This document shows positions 50,972 to 61,400 of a stretch of 64,000 nt of DNA, one piece after another. Under the pieces are notes generated by a model. The model saw only the letters and a program-made list of their open reading frames with translations, did not search any database and was not told where the DNA came from. The stretch covers positions 64,001-128,000 of the forward strand of contig JBFWWG010000005.1 of NCBI GenBank assembly GCA_050246315.1, given 5' to 3'. The translations under genes and the position numbers were made by a program. Source of the DNA: Nitrospiraceae bacterium. GTDB taxonomy: Bacteria > Nitrospirota > Nitrospiria > Nitrospirales > Nitrospiraceae. Positions within the stretch are counted from its first letter, which is position 1; every line of letters begins with the position of its first letter.

Positions 50972-53900
50972 CTACTTCACCCCTCGAAGCCTCTCCGTGG
51001 CCAGTCGTTTCAATTCGCGGAGGTCCAACTTACCGGTTCCTAGAATAGGAAGCCTCTCCACTTTGACGAAGGCGTCCCTTCGGGGAATGAACAGATTGGA
51101 GAGTCCGCTGTCGGCCAGCTTGTCCAACACCAACGGGATCTGCTTGTCATCCAGCGTGTGCAGGACCGCGAGCTGTTCTCCCTTTTTCTCGTCCGGTACG
51201 CCGGTGACGGCAAAGACCATCGTCTCGGCGCCAGCCGCCTCATGCAGCGCCTCCTCCACGCGACCGTGCGGCACCATTTCGCCTCCGATTTTGGAGAAAC
51301 GAGATAGCCGGTCGGTGATGAACAAAAAGCCGTCTTCGTCTACATACGCAATATCGCCTGTGACGTACCACCCGTCGCGTATCACGGAAGCGGTGAGATC
51401 CGGTTTGCCGAGATAGCCGCTCATCACGTTCGGGCCTTTCACCAGCAACATGCCGGGCGCGGCGGCCGGGAGGGGCTGGTACGAATCAGGGTCCACGATA
51501 CGGAGAGACACCCCGGGCAACGGCTGGCCGACCGAGCCGCGCCGCGAGGCCGGCTGAAAAAATCCGGCAGCGCGAAAATCCGGACAGTTGACGGAGATGA
51601 CCGGCGCGCATTCCGTGGTGCCGTAGCCTTCGAGCGGCCGGATGCCGAAGCGGTCCTCAAATGTCTGCGCCAGTCGGTCGGTGAGTTTCTCGGCGCCGGT
51701 CAGCACCACGCGCAACGAACCGAACTGTTCGGGTGTGCAGCGGCGCAGATACAACTGCAAGAATGTCGGCGTCGCGACAAAAACCGTGAGCCGGTAGCGG
51801 TGGATCAGCTCGCCGATCCCGACGGCGTCAAGCGGCGACGGATGATACGCGACCGCGTTTCCGTTGATGGTCGAGAGCCAGAGGACGAGCAGATAGCCGA
51901 AGGAATGGAAGAACGGCAAAATGCCGAGCAGGCGATCGCGAGCATCCAGATGAAAGACTTGCAAAGCGGCGTCGATGTTCGAATCGATGTTGAAGTGAGA
52001 GAGCATCACCCCTTTCGGTTCGCCGGTGCTGCCCGAGCTGAAGATGATCGTGACGATATCGTCCATCGTGGCGGATTTGCCGGCGCCGCAGGCTCGTTCG
52101 AGCCAACGCAGCGGGGCGACCAGACCGAGAACCATCGCAAGGAGCCGTTGAGGCGCGCCGATCCCCTGGGCCAGGTCATCGAGCCAGAGGACCGTGATGT
52201 TGGTCGGCAGATCCAGCTTGGCCTTCTCGACAAATAGATGGCTGGTGACGACGGTCTTGAGCGAGGCCTGTTGAATCGCGGATTCCAAACCGCTGCGGCC
52301 GACCGTGTAGTTGAGATTGACGGCGGTGTGGCCGGCCGTCGTGGCGGCAATGTTCACCAGTGCGCCGGCCACGCTGGGCGGCAGCATGATCCCGACCGTA
52401 TCCTGCCCTTGCCAATGAGGTCGTAACAGCCGGGCCAGTACGACCGTGCCGGTGAGTGCCTCCCAACAGCGCACGTGTGGTCTTGTGGCATCCGCCATGG
52501 CCAGGCGAAGCGGATGACGGCGCATGGAGCGAATCGCCGCTCGGTGCAGCGGGATGCGGTCCTGCTTGCGAAGGTGCCAAGCTCTCTCGCCCAGTTCCTG
52601 CACCGCGCGGCGCACATCCGAGACCGGCGTTGCGGGGCCGAGCGGTGCGCCGAACGAGATCGTGACCGGAAACGGGATGCGCGACGGCCACTTCGTGAGA
52701 AACCGGCCGCCGACGAAACTGAAGAGGCTGCCCCAAATCCGATCCAAGTGAACCGGGATGATGGGCACGGCGCGATCCCGTATGATGCGCTCAAATCCGC
52801 GTCGAAACGGCAACAGCCCGCCGGTTCTCGTGATCTGGCCTTCCGGAAAGATACACACCACCTCGCCGCCGTCGAGTGCGCGGCCGGCCTCGCGCAGCGC
52901 GTGGAGGATGGCGCGCGGACCACCGGTCGAGGCGATCGGAATGGCGCCGGCCAGTTTCATAAACGGCTTGAGTGCCGGGGACTCGAAATATTGGGCGTCC
53001 ACCAGGAAGCGGATCGGCCGGTCCACGCAGGTGATCAATAGGACGGCGTCGAGGAACGAGATGTGATTGGGGACGAGCAGCGCGCCGCCCTCTGTCGGCA
53101 GGTGTTGGGGGTTGACCACGCGCACGCGGTAGAGGCTGTTGGCAGCGAGTAAGAGGAGCGCCCGGAGAAAGGATTCGGGCAACAGACGCAGCGCGCCGAT
53201 CGCTCCGACCACGGCGCCGGCTCCGGCAATCAAAAAGATCGCCGAGGCATGAAGGCCGAGCTGTGCGAGAAGGCCGGCCCCGAGAGAACCCAGAAGCACG
53301 CCGGAGAACACGGCGGTGTTTTGCATCGCGATGACGGCACCGCGACGGTCGCTCGGGGCGCGCCATTGGATCAGCGCGTTCACCGGTACAACGAACAATC
53401 CGCTGAAGAGGCCCAGGACCGTCAGCAGGGCCATCGTACCGGGTAGCTCGGGAGACCAGAGACCTTGCAACAAGAGGAGGGCGGCCATGCCGATGACGCC
53501 GAGGGGGATCAATCCGACTTCCACTTTGGACGACGACAGACGGCCCGCGAGGAGTGCCCCGATGCCGATGCCGGCCGCCAAAATGGTCATGGGCAGACCG
53601 GCCATCGCATCCGAAAGCTGAAGTACGCTCTTGCCGTAGATCAAAATGGTCTGTCCGACCAAACTGGCGAGGGTCCAGAAGAAGATGTTGCTGCTGATCG
53701 CGAGCCGCAACACTCGGTCGGCGTACAAGGCGGACCAGGCTCCGCGGAGGGTGTCACGCAGCCCGCCTTCTGACCGCGCGGGAGGTACGGGAGGGACCAG
53801 CCAGGAGGCAACGAAGCCCAGCGCGGCCAAGACCGTCAGTGCGGCGCCGGCCTGCCAGTGAAAGGGATCGGAAAGATCCAGCAACAGTCCGGCCGCGGCC

Positions 53901-54400
53901 GTGCCGGTGATGATGGCCATGAAGGTCCATAGTTCCAGCAGGCCGTTTCCTCTAGACAAACGCTCGTGAGACAACAGCTCCGGCAGGATGCCGTATTTCG
54001 CCGGGCTGAACAGCGCGCTGTGGACGCCCATCAACCCGAGCACGACCAGCGGGAGCGTCTGTCCGGTAGGATCGAACCATAGGGAGGCGGTGCCGAGCGC
54101 CATCAGCAGCACTTCGACCGATTTCATCGAGATAATGACCGTCCGTTTGCTGACTCGATCAGCCAGCAGACCTGCGAACGTCGAACAGGCGACGAGGGGG
54201 AGCGTAAAGACCACGAATGCGATGGTGGTTCGAGCCTGGATCGCCGATTCGAGATCGCCGATTCCGGTTGATTGGGAGTCGGCGACGACGCGGCGGATCG
54301 CCAACAACGCGACCATCAATTTCCACGCGTTGTCATTGAACGCCCCGCAGAATTGGGCGATCAGGAGGCCGCGGAGGGGATGTGAGGGGGATGCGTGCAT
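50972..54400 (-). CDS. aas: MFS-acyltransferase-acyl-ACP synthetase fusion (Aas-like)
   Basis: GAFNDN (LplT-like MFS), NHISFLD, FPEG, FSSGSTGEPKG, EGYGTTE. Confidence 0.88.
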   Translation of the reverse strand: MHASPSHPLRGLLIAQFCGAFNDNAWKLMVALLAIRRVVADSQSTGIGDLESAIQARTTIAFVVFTLPLVACSTFAGLLADRVSKRTVIISMKSVEVLLMALGTASLWFDPTGQTLPLVVLGLMGVHSALFSPAKYGILPELLSHERLSRGNGLLELWTFMAIITGTAAAGLLLDLSDPFHWQAGAALTVLAALGFVASWLVPPVPPARSEGGLRDTLRGAWSALYADRVLRLAISSNIFFWTLASLVGQTILIYGKSVLQLSDAMAGLPMTILAAGIGIGALLAGRLSSSKVEVGLIPLGVIGMAALLLLQGLWSPELPGTMALLTVLGLFSGLFVVPVNALIQWRAPSDRRGAVIAMQNTAVFSGVLLGSLGAGLLAQLGLHASAIFLIAGAGAVVGAIGALRLLPESFLRALLLLAANSLYRVRVVNPQHLPTEGGALLVPNHISFLDAVLLITCVDRPIRFLVDAQYFESPALKPFMKLAGAIPIASTGGPRAILHALREAGRALDGGEVVCIFPEGQITRTGGLLPFRRGFERIIRDRAVPIIPVHLDRIWGSLFSFVGGRFLTKWPSRIPFPVTISFGAPLGPATPVSDVRRAVQELGERAWHLRKQDRIPLHRAAIRSMRRHPLRLAMADATRPHVRCWEALTGTVVLARLLRPHWQGQDTVGIMLPPSVAGALVNIAATTAGHTAVNLNYTVGRSGLESAIQQASLKTVVTSHLFVEKAKLDLPTNITVLWLDDLAQGIGAPQRLLAMVLGLVAPLRWLERACGAGKSATMDDIVTIIFSSGSTGEPKGVMLSHFNIDSNIDAALQVFHLDARDRLLGILPFFHSFGYLLVLWLSTINGNAVAYHPSPLDAVGIGELIHRYRLTVFVATPTFLQLYLRRCTPEQFGSLRVVLTGAEKLTDRLAQTFEDRFGIRPLEGYGTTECAPVISVNCPDFRAAGFFQPASRRGSVGQPLPGVSLRIVDPDSYQPLPAAAPGMLLVKGPNVMSGYLGKPDLTASVIRDGWYVTGDIAYVDEDGFLFITDRLSRFSKIGGEMVPHGRVEEALHEAAGAETMVFAVTGVPDEKKGEQLAVLHTLDDKQIPLVLDKLADSGLSNLFIPRRDAFVKVERLPILGTGKLDLRELKRLATERLRGVK

Positions 54401-54431
54401 GCTCCGAAGGGCTTCATCGTCGCATTCAACG

Positions 54432-54935
54432 CTATTTTGAGGACAAGATCAAGAGTGGCACCCAGACCGGCGCCGTGATGATGCCGACCGCCAGCACGGC
54501 AATGGTGGGATAGACGACGACGGCGGCGGGGATTTCCCAGAACAGGTTGGCGCAGGAGTGGCGTTTCTCGCTGGTCCACGAATCTGACAGCGGCGAGAAC
54601 AGCGGTTTACAGGTGCCGCTCTCCGGCGCGATGTCATATGGGCGCAGGTCCCAGTCTCCAGCCACCTTCTTGGCCTTCCCGAGGTTCGTGACCTTGCCGG
54701 TGGGACACAGGACACGCACCACGTCTTCGCGCGGAAGGCCGCGGGCGATTTCAGGCTCAGCACAGGTGATGTCAAGGACGGTGCCGTCCTGTTCGATACG
54801 AAGGATCCTGCCGGATTGGGTTTCGTAATACCGCCCGTTCTGGTCCTCGTGAAAAAAAGCCCGGGGCGGAAGGTCTGTTGCACAGCCGGTAATTAACGAG
54901 AGCAGGGCCATGACGACACGAGCAGCGAGATTCAC
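54432..54935 (-). CDS. Hypothetical lipoprotein
   Basis: ITGC lipobox and C-terminal hydrophobic segment. Confidence 0.6.
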   Translation of the reverse strand: MNLAARVVMALLSLITGCATDLPPRAFFHEDQNGRYYETQSGRILRIEQDGTVLDITCAEPEIARGLPREDVVRVLCPTGKVTNLGKAKKVAGDWDLRPYDIAPESGTCKPLFSPLSDSWTSEKRHSCANLFWEIPAAVVVYPTIAVLAVGIITAPVWVPLLILSSK

Positions 54936-55118
54936 CGAAACTGCCTCCCCATTGCGGTTGATCGATTTGTTACGGAGGCATCTTGTCCTAACGCCGAAGA
55001 AAGATCAAATGGAAGGCCGCTTCGATCATGCGCCTCCATGCGAGCGCGGCACCGCCGCGGCGTGCCCACGACGAACTGCAAGACGACACTCGGGACAGAC
55101 GGCTCTATCCGAACAGTT

Positions 55119-55289
55119 CTATCGCACCTTATTCATGACGGTTCGAGACGTTCCACCCGTTGCATCTCCAGAGAAACCGGTACCCGAGGACGGTACGCGT
55201 GGGACCCATTCCATGCGCGATCTGTCTCCCCATGCAGCAACAGGTCGAACTGCGGGTGCGGTGGAAGCGATCATGATAATGCGGGATAG
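55119..55289 (-). mobile_element. MITE-like element, family B, inverted degenerate copy
   Basis: ttattcatgacggttcgagacgttccacccgt is near reverse-complement of 55501-55532; ends atcatgataatgcgggatag. Confidence 0.65.
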
Positions 55290-55390
55290 GGAAGTGCAGT
55301 GGAGAATGGAGAGGCGCGCTCCATCATGCAAAAGGGTGGTTCATCTGTTCGGGATGCTGTGCTACGGTGGCACACGCTTTTTCATCGGCT

Positions 55391-55542
55391 CTAGCCTGTA
55401 TTATTCATGAACGCTTCTGCTGCTCAGGCCCATCGCTCTTCTCCACGGCAATGGGTCCAACGCCTGGCGACTTCCGCGTACCCGTTGCGCTTTGACGACC
55501 ACGGGTGGAACGCGACGAACCGTCATGAATAATGCGGGCTAG
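55391..55542 (+). mobile_element. MITE-like element, family B
   Basis: Ends ctagcctgtattattcatga ... tcatgaataatgcgggctag. Confidence 0.75.
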
Positions 55543-55604
55543 CCCCATCGTGCTCGGTGATCCCAGTATTGCAACTCACCCCATATTGAATGAAGAGAGG
55601 ACAC

Positions 55605-57074
55605 ATGATGAACATCTCCCGCAACAAGCTGCCACTTGCCGCCTTGGGCGTGATCATGATCGGGATCGGCGCTTGTAGCAGCGGGGGAGACTCGGGAGCA
55701 CCGGCCCCAAGCGGCGGTGGAGGCACGGTGACGCCGCCTCCGTCGCCCGGCGGTGCCAACGTGGTGTTCGGTCGCACGAGCGCTGGAAACAGCGATCTCT
55801 TCCTGATCAGAAACGACGGCAACGGACTGGTGCCGCTTGCGACCGCGCCTGAGAACGAGGTCTTTGCGAGAGCCGCGGGTGCTCGTGTGCTGTATCACAA
55901 GCGTGCGAGTCCGTCATCGCAGCGAGATGTTTGGAGTGTCGCGACGGATGGAACAGGAGGAGCCGCCTTGCTGAACAGTCCGGCAGACGAATATGTGGTC
56001 GGGGTAGACGGTAGCCGCGTGATCGTGGAGACGGCCGCGGCATTGGGATCTCCGCGGGATCTCCTCAGTATCGGCCTGGACGGAACCGGCCAAGTGCCGT
56101 TGGCGAACAGCCCCGACGACGAATATTTCCGGGGGGTTATCGGCAACCGGGTTGTGTATGAACGGAACGTCGGAGGCAAGCCGGATGTGTACAGCGTCAA
56201 TCTTGATGGGTCCGATCCCAAGCCGCTTGCCGCAGACCCGGGATTCGAGGAATTTGTCGTCGGCAATGTCGGTGCACAGGTAATCGTTATGACTCGAGCG
56301 GACAGCACATCTCCGGCGAACCTCGTGGCTATAAACGCCAATGGCACCGGCACGCCGATCCTGTTGGGAGGCAGCCCCAACAACGAAGTGCTGGGGGCGG
56401 TGGTCGGCAACCGGGTGGTCTTCATGCGGTCGGTGAATTCGCAGTTCGATATTTTTAGCGTCAACATCGACGGCTCGGATGAGAGGCCGCTCAGCGTGAA
56501 TTCCGATAATGAAATGGTCGAAGAGATCGCGGGAACGCGGGTGGTCTACACCCGTAACGTCGGCGGCCAGACCGATTTGTACAGCGTCAATGTCGACGGG
56601 ACGGGCGAGGCTGCGTTGGCGACGTCTCAGACGAGTGAGGAGCATGCTGCCGGCGTAGTCGGCACCCGCGTCATTTTCCGGCGCACGATCGGAGTTCAGG
56701 ATGATCTCTTCAGCATCAATGCGGACGGGACCGGTGGCGAAGTCGCTCTGGCCACGGCTCCGCAGGATGAGGATTTTGCCGGTCAAGTCGGAAATCGCGT
56801 CTTCTTCCATCGTAACATCGGAGGCGGGCCATTCGGACCGGCCGATCTCTACAGCGTCAACGCCGACGGCACGGGGCTCGTGGCCCTGACAACCAGCAAC
56901 GACCACGAGGAATTTGCCGGGGCGGCCGGTGACCGCGCTGTCTATGAACGAAAGGCCGGCAATGCACTGAGCGGCGGCCCCCGAGACCTGTTCAGCGTCG
57001 TTCCTGACGGCAGTGCACCGGCGGTTCCCCTGGGGCAGACGGCGAACGACGAGTATTTTTCCTATAGCTTCTGA
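55605..57074 (+). CDS. Repeat-rich beta-propeller lipoprotein (TolB-like)
   Basis: Lipobox IGAC; about ten ~42-aa repeats G.RVVY.RNVGG..DLYSVN.DGTG..PLA. Confidence 0.8.
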   Translation: MMNISRNKLPLAALGVIMIGIGACSSGGDSGAPAPSGGGGTVTPPPSPGGANVVFGRTSAGNSDLFLIRNDGNGLVPLATAPENEVFARAAGARVLYHKRASPSSQRDVWSVATDGTGGAALLNSPADEYVVGVDGSRVIVETAAALGSPRDLLSIGLDGTGQVPLANSPDDEYFRGVIGNRVVYERNVGGKPDVYSVNLDGSDPKPLAADPGFEEFVVGNVGAQVIVMTRADSTSPANLVAINANGTGTPILLGGSPNNEVLGAVVGNRVVFMRSVNSQFDIFSVNIDGSDERPLSVNSDNEMVEEIAGTRVVYTRNVGGQTDLYSVNVDGTGEAALATSQTSEEHAAGVVGTRVIFRRTIGVQDDLFSINADGTGGEVALATAPQDEDFAGQVGNRVFFHRNIGGGPFGPADLYSVNADGTGLVALTTSNDHEEFAGAAGDRAVYERKAGNALSGGPRDLFSVVPDGSAPAVPLGQTANDEYFSYSF

Positions 57075-58993
57075 TCCTGCGACGACGCAGAGGGGGTGCC
57101 AGGTTTTCTTCGCTCAGATTCGGGCGGCAGGGTCATGGAGGAGACCGGGAGGCCTTCCATTGCCATGATCCGCAGCGCATTGGTGGTGGGACAGGGGCCC
57201 GGCCGGAGCACATAGTCGAACGACAAGGCGCCGTCCTCGATCGTTTCCTGGAAATGGACGTTGCGGAGGGTGGAGATCACCGTCTCCAACTCGGCGAGTT
57301 CGAGGTCGTGCGTGGTGACCAGACCGAAGCCGTTGTGTGACGCGAGCGCTTGAATATAGGCCCGGCTACCGATCAGCCGCTCCCGATTGTTGGTGCCCCG
57401 GAAGATTTCGTCGATCAGGAACAGGATCGGAGCAGCGGATCGATCGCGGGCTGCCTCAAGGATCAGCTTCAGCCGTTTGACCTCCGCATAGAAATGTGAC
57501 AGGCCTTGCTCGATCGAGTCCTCTACCCTGATACAACAGTACAGCCGCACCCAGCTCCATCCGAACCGTTCAGCACAGACGGGCGCGCCGGCCTGTGCCA
57601 GACACACGTTGATCCCGATCGTTCTCAAGAAGGTGCTCTTGCCTGACATATTCGATCCGGTGACGAGCCACAGTTCGCCTCGGCCCTGCAGCGTCGCATC
57701 ATTGCTCATTCGCTGGTTCGCAGGAATAAGCGGATGGCCCAATCGTATGGCTTCCAATGTCGGTCCTGGTTCATGTTCGCCGGCAGCGAGGGTCGGCCAG
57801 GTATAGCTGGGATGTAGGTAGGCAAAGCTGGCGCAGGCGCTGGTGGCTTCGACCTCGGCCAGGATGTCCAACCATTTCGGAAGATGATCTGCAATGCGAG
57901 TCTGCAACCGTTGCAACCGCCAGATGAAGTACAAGTCCCAGGGGCCGGGAAGATTCACAAAAATATGGGCCAGGGGGTTGGATCGCACACTGAGCCCCGA
58001 GACGATGCGAGCCGCCTGGCGAAGATGCCGAGAGGGGCTCCGGTCGGCCCGTATCAGGGAGGCGCAGAGTTCGCCTAGGGCCGAGGACTTGTCGCGCGCA
58101 CGGCGTTCGAGATACGCCAAGACGGCGCCGAGCTTGTCGAGTTCCACCTGGAGGGAGAGGGCATGTTCAAACGCCTGTTGGCTCCGTTCGATCGAGAGGA
58201 AGAGAAACGCATAGAGGCCGAAGGTCAGCAGCCAATAGCCGGGTAGCCAACCGGCTAAGGAAGCTGCCAATAGCCCGATCGTGCCGACAGAGAGCATCGC
58301 CTGGATTGTTAGGAGCACCGGCAGGGTCGGCCAGCCCGCCGGGGTTAGCAATATGGCCTGGAGACGTCGTCCGTCGATCTCCTGTTCCCCGACCAGCAAC
58401 CCTTCCAGCACCAACCGATCACGGTAGAGCGTCAGGCGGCTCAGTTCCCTGGCCAGGCGTTGCCGGGTGGCCCATCGAGACCGGTCCTGAGACGGAGCTA
58501 GCAACCAGGACGTCAGACGTTCGCGTCCGTTGGATGACACGGTCGTGTCGAGGAGGTGCAGCAGGGAATGCGCGCCCAGGAGGTCGAGGTCCTTGGCGTA
58601 GGGGTGGTCGGCGGGGGGCTCATGCTCCTTCCTCGGAATCGCCGACCAATCCAAATGCAGGCGGGCGAGGTGAGTCCGTTTGATCGCGCGCCAGAGGCGC
58701 CACCGGTGCATCCGCTGTTCGAGCCTGTTATGATAGGCAGCCACGGCGATGAATCCCAGCACTAACAGAGCGAGCGCCGTGTTCCCGGCCAGGTACCAGC
58801 CGAGCTTGAACAGCGTCACACAGAGCGCGATCCCGGCCAAGAAAAGGATGAAGCGAGCGGTCGTGAGCTTTCGACTCAGCTCTTGACGGCCGGTGATTTG
58901 CCGGTCCGCCGCAGCAATCAACCGCCGGAGGGTCCGCTCGCGTCCGGACGGAGAGTGGCTGGCGACGGGTTGGATGGACTGGTTCTCTCGCAT
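57062..58993 (-). CDS. Membrane-associated MutS-family (domain V) ATPase
   Basis: TM segments; GSNMSGKSTFLR, SHFYAE, IDEIFRGTN, TTHDLEL. Confidence 0.88.
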   Translation of the reverse strand: MRENQSIQPVASHSPSGRERTLRRLIAAADRQITGRQELSRKLTTARFILFLAGIALCVTLFKLGWYLAGNTALALLVLGFIAVAAYHNRLEQRMHRWRLWRAIKRTHLARLHLDWSAIPRKEHEPPADHPYAKDLDLLGAHSLLHLLDTTVSSNGRERLTSWLLAPSQDRSRWATRQRLARELSRLTLYRDRLVLEGLLVGEQEIDGRRLQAILLTPAGWPTLPVLLTIQAMLSVGTIGLLAASLAGWLPGYWLLTFGLYAFLFLSIERSQQAFEHALSLQVELDKLGAVLAYLERRARDKSSALGELCASLIRADRSPSRHLRQAARIVSGLSVRSNPLAHIFVNLPGPWDLYFIWRLQRLQTRIADHLPKWLDILAEVEATSACASFAYLHPSYTWPTLAAGEHEPGPTLEAIRLGHPLIPANQRMSNDATLQGRGELWLVTGSNMSGKSTFLRTIGINVCLAQAGAPVCAERFGWSWVRLYCCIRVEDSIEQGLSHFYAEVKRLKLILEAARDRSAAPILFLIDEIFRGTNNRERLIGSRAYIQALASHNGFGLVTTHDLELAELETVISTLRNVHFQETIEDGALSFDYVLRPGPCPTTNALRIMAMEGLPVSSMTLPPESERRKPGTPSASSQDQKL

Positions 58994-59033
58994 GTGGTGG
59001 GCAGACCTTACTGAGTTCCATCCGAGGGCGTCA

Positions 59034-59930
59034 ATGGGAACGACGAGACAAACCGGTTGGATCGATGTTCAGGTTCGAACCAACCTCGATGCAGGGGAAC
59101 TCATCGGCGCCTTGCACGATCCGTCCGTTTCCGGCGCCTGGCAGGATCACGACGGGACGGTCCATATCTACTGGCCGGCGGGCGATTGGAACGATCAGCA
59201 ACTGACCAGGCTGCGGACGGTACTGCTTCAGCTCGGTGATGGCCCGGCGGGTGATTCACTGGCGATCCGGGAAGAACCGGCGCAGGACTGGAACCGGTTC
59301 TGGGCGCAATCGGTGACGCCGCTGCGGATCGGTCGGCGGGTGCTCATCCGGCCGAGCTGGGAGCCTCCTGCCGGTGAGCCGGGAACCATCGAACTCGTCA
59401 TCGATCCAAAATTGGCCTTCGGGACCGGGCACCATCCGACGACCAGCATGCTGATCGAATGGATTGAAGATTTGACGGAACAGGACATGTCGGTGTTGGA
59501 TGTCGGGACTGGCACCGGGATCTTGGCCATGGTGACGCTGCGTTGCGGGGCCAGGCGGGCGGTCGGCCTCGATTGCGATCCCCAGGCAGTCGACTATGCC
59601 AAGGGCTATGCCGTGGAGAACGGTTTCGACGAGGCGGCATTGAGTTTCGTCGTGGGCACGGTCAGCGAGGAGTTCATGGATGCGGGGCATCCTTGGCATC
59701 TGGTCTTGGCGAACCTGGATGGTCGCACGCTCCTTGAAAACAGAGAGCCTCTGGCCAGGCTGGTGCATCAGGGAGCGACCCTTCTCCTCTCCGGCATTTT
59801 GATCGACCAGAAGGAGGAGATCGGCCGCGCCTATGCTGAAACGGGAGTCTATGTGTCAGGCGTGAAACAACGGGAAGGCTGGGTTGCTTTACGGATGAAT
59901 GCTTCCGAGTCTTGTGATGTACCATCATGA
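59034..59930 (+). CDS. prmA: Ribosomal protein L11 methyltransferase
   Basis: IDPKLAFGTGHHPTT, LDVGTGTGIL, LSGIL. Confidence 0.9.
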   Translation: MGTTRQTGWIDVQVRTNLDAGELIGALHDPSVSGAWQDHDGTVHIYWPAGDWNDQQLTRLRTVLLQLGDGPAGDSLAIREEPAQDWNRFWAQSVTPLRIGRRVLIRPSWEPPAGEPGTIELVIDPKLAFGTGHHPTTSMLIEWIEDLTEQDMSVLDVGTGTGILAMVTLRCGARRAVGLDCDPQAVDYAKGYAVENGFDEAALSFVVGTVSEEFMDAGHPWHLVLANLDGRTLLENREPLARLVHQGATLLLSGILIDQKEEIGRAYAETGVYVSGVKQREGWVALRMNASESCDVPS

Positions 59931-60499
59931 AGCCTTCCATCGGATACAGAATGTGCAAGGAGGAATATGGCAGCGAAGAACAAATGGGCCAGTCCAAACA
60001 GGTCTCTGAAGGACGGCTGTGGCAAATCAACATTTCCAATGGAGGCGTGCCGAAACGGCCCGTGTCTGAGGCGGTGATCACCCTGGACGGAGTGACCGGC
60101 GACCGGCAACGTAACCGTTCGATTCACGGAGGCCGAGACCGTGCGGTGTGCCTGTTTGCGCTCGAACGGATCGAATCGCTGCGACGGGAGGGCCATGACA
60201 TCTACCCCGGTGCCTCAGGTGAAAATCTCACGCTGGCCGGATTGGATTGGGATGCGGTCGGGCCGGGAGACCGCCTCCGAATCGGCGAAGAGGTCGAATT
60301 GGAGCTGACGAGCTTCACAACGCCCTGCCGGCACAATGCATGCTGGTTCCGGGGAAATGACTACCGGCGTATTTCCCACCAAAGCCATCCCGGCTGGAGC
60401 CGGGTCTATGCGAGGGTCTGCCGAGAGGGGCCCGTCCGTCAGGGGGATCGCGTGGTCTGGATGAGAAGGTGCCGACCTGGCCAGGAGACGATCGCATGA
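59927..60499 (+). CDS. MOSC-domain protein
   Basis: GGVPK, HGGRDRAVC, GENLT, TPC; start uncertain. Confidence 0.85.
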   Translation: MKPSIGYRMCKEEYGSEEQMGQSKQVSEGRLWQINISNGGVPKRPVSEAVITLDGVTGDRQRNRSIHGGRDRAVCLFALERIESLRREGHDIYPGASGENLTLAGLDWDAVGPGDRLRIGEEVELELTSFTTPCRHNACWFRGNDYRRISHQSHPGWSRVYARVCREGPVRQGDRVVWMRRCRPGQETIA

Positions 60500-61158
60500 T
60501 GGAGCGCACACTCGAAGCGGAGCTCATGGACGATCCCGAGCAGGCGGCGGCCTATGCGCGTGCTAACTTTGAGTCGGAAAATCAGGGATTCGTCGATCGG
60601 TTCCGCGAATATTTTCCGGACTTCGAAGGGGGACAGGTATTCGATCTTGGGTGCGGGCCAGGCGACATCCCCATTCGCTTTGTGCGCGCCTATCCGGGCT
60701 GCCGGGTGATTGGGGTGGATGCGTCGCGGCCCATGCTGGACCTTGCGGAACGGGCGGTGGCCGCTGCCGGATTGTCCGAACGGGTCCAACTCCACCACGA
60801 ACGAGTTCAGTCATTTCGCCCGGCAGAGCAGGCCGATGCGATTATCTCGAACAGTTTGCTGCATCATCTTCCCCATCCGCTCCAGTTTTGGCACACCCTC
60901 CGGCGGCTGGTGAAGCCGGGCGGCGCCGTCCTGGTGATGGACTTAATCCGGCCCGATTCGCCCGAAGCGGCACAGGCGATCGTCGAGACCTACGCCTCCA
61001 ACGAAGCGCCGATTCTGAAGCGGGATTTCTACCAGTCCCTATTGGCCGCTCTCACCGAAGACGAAGTGGCGGCCCAGCTCACCCAGATGAACCTGACGCG
61101 GCTGCTGATCGATGTGGTCGATGATCGGCATTGGATTGTCGGCGGCCGTGTCTTCTAG
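60496..61158 (+). CDS. Class I SAM-dependent methyltransferase
   Basis: DLGCGPG, SNSLLHH. Confidence 0.88.
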   Translation: MMERTLEAELMDDPEQAAAYARANFESENQGFVDRFREYFPDFEGGQVFDLGCGPGDIPIRFVRAYPGCRVIGVDASRPMLDLAERAVAAAGLSERVQLHHERVQSFRPAEQADAIISNSLLHHLPHPLQFWHTLRRLVKPGGAVLVMDLIRPDSPEAAQAIVETYASNEAPILKRDFYQSLLAALTEDEVAAQLTQMNLTRLLIDVVDDRHWIVGGRVF

Positions 61159-61353
61159 TCCGCAATATTCATGAACGCTTCTGCTGCAATCGCGGATTCG
61201 CTGCTGCGACATGCCGACATCTGAAGTCGAAGGCCAAGTACCTCTCCGCGCGAGGTGATCGAACGCGGCGGTTCAAGCGTAGCTTGGTATGGCGGGCGGT
61301 CTCGCGGCGCGACTTCGCAATTTCGCGACAAATCGTCATGTACAATGCGGGCT
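61155..61353 (+). mobile_element. MITE-like element, family B, degenerate
   Basis: ctagtccgcaatattcatgaacgcttctgctg ... cgtcatgtacaatgcgggct. Confidence 0.6.
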
Positions 61354-61400
61354 TCCAGGGGGAATAAGCGGGAAGGTCTATCATCTTGATAGGTAGAGCG

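Noticed and set aside
34669..57074. CRISPR-like arrays suggested by periodic DNA
   Set aside because: The periodicity comes from degenerate protein repeats inside CDSs; no identical repeats with unique spacers and no cas genes.
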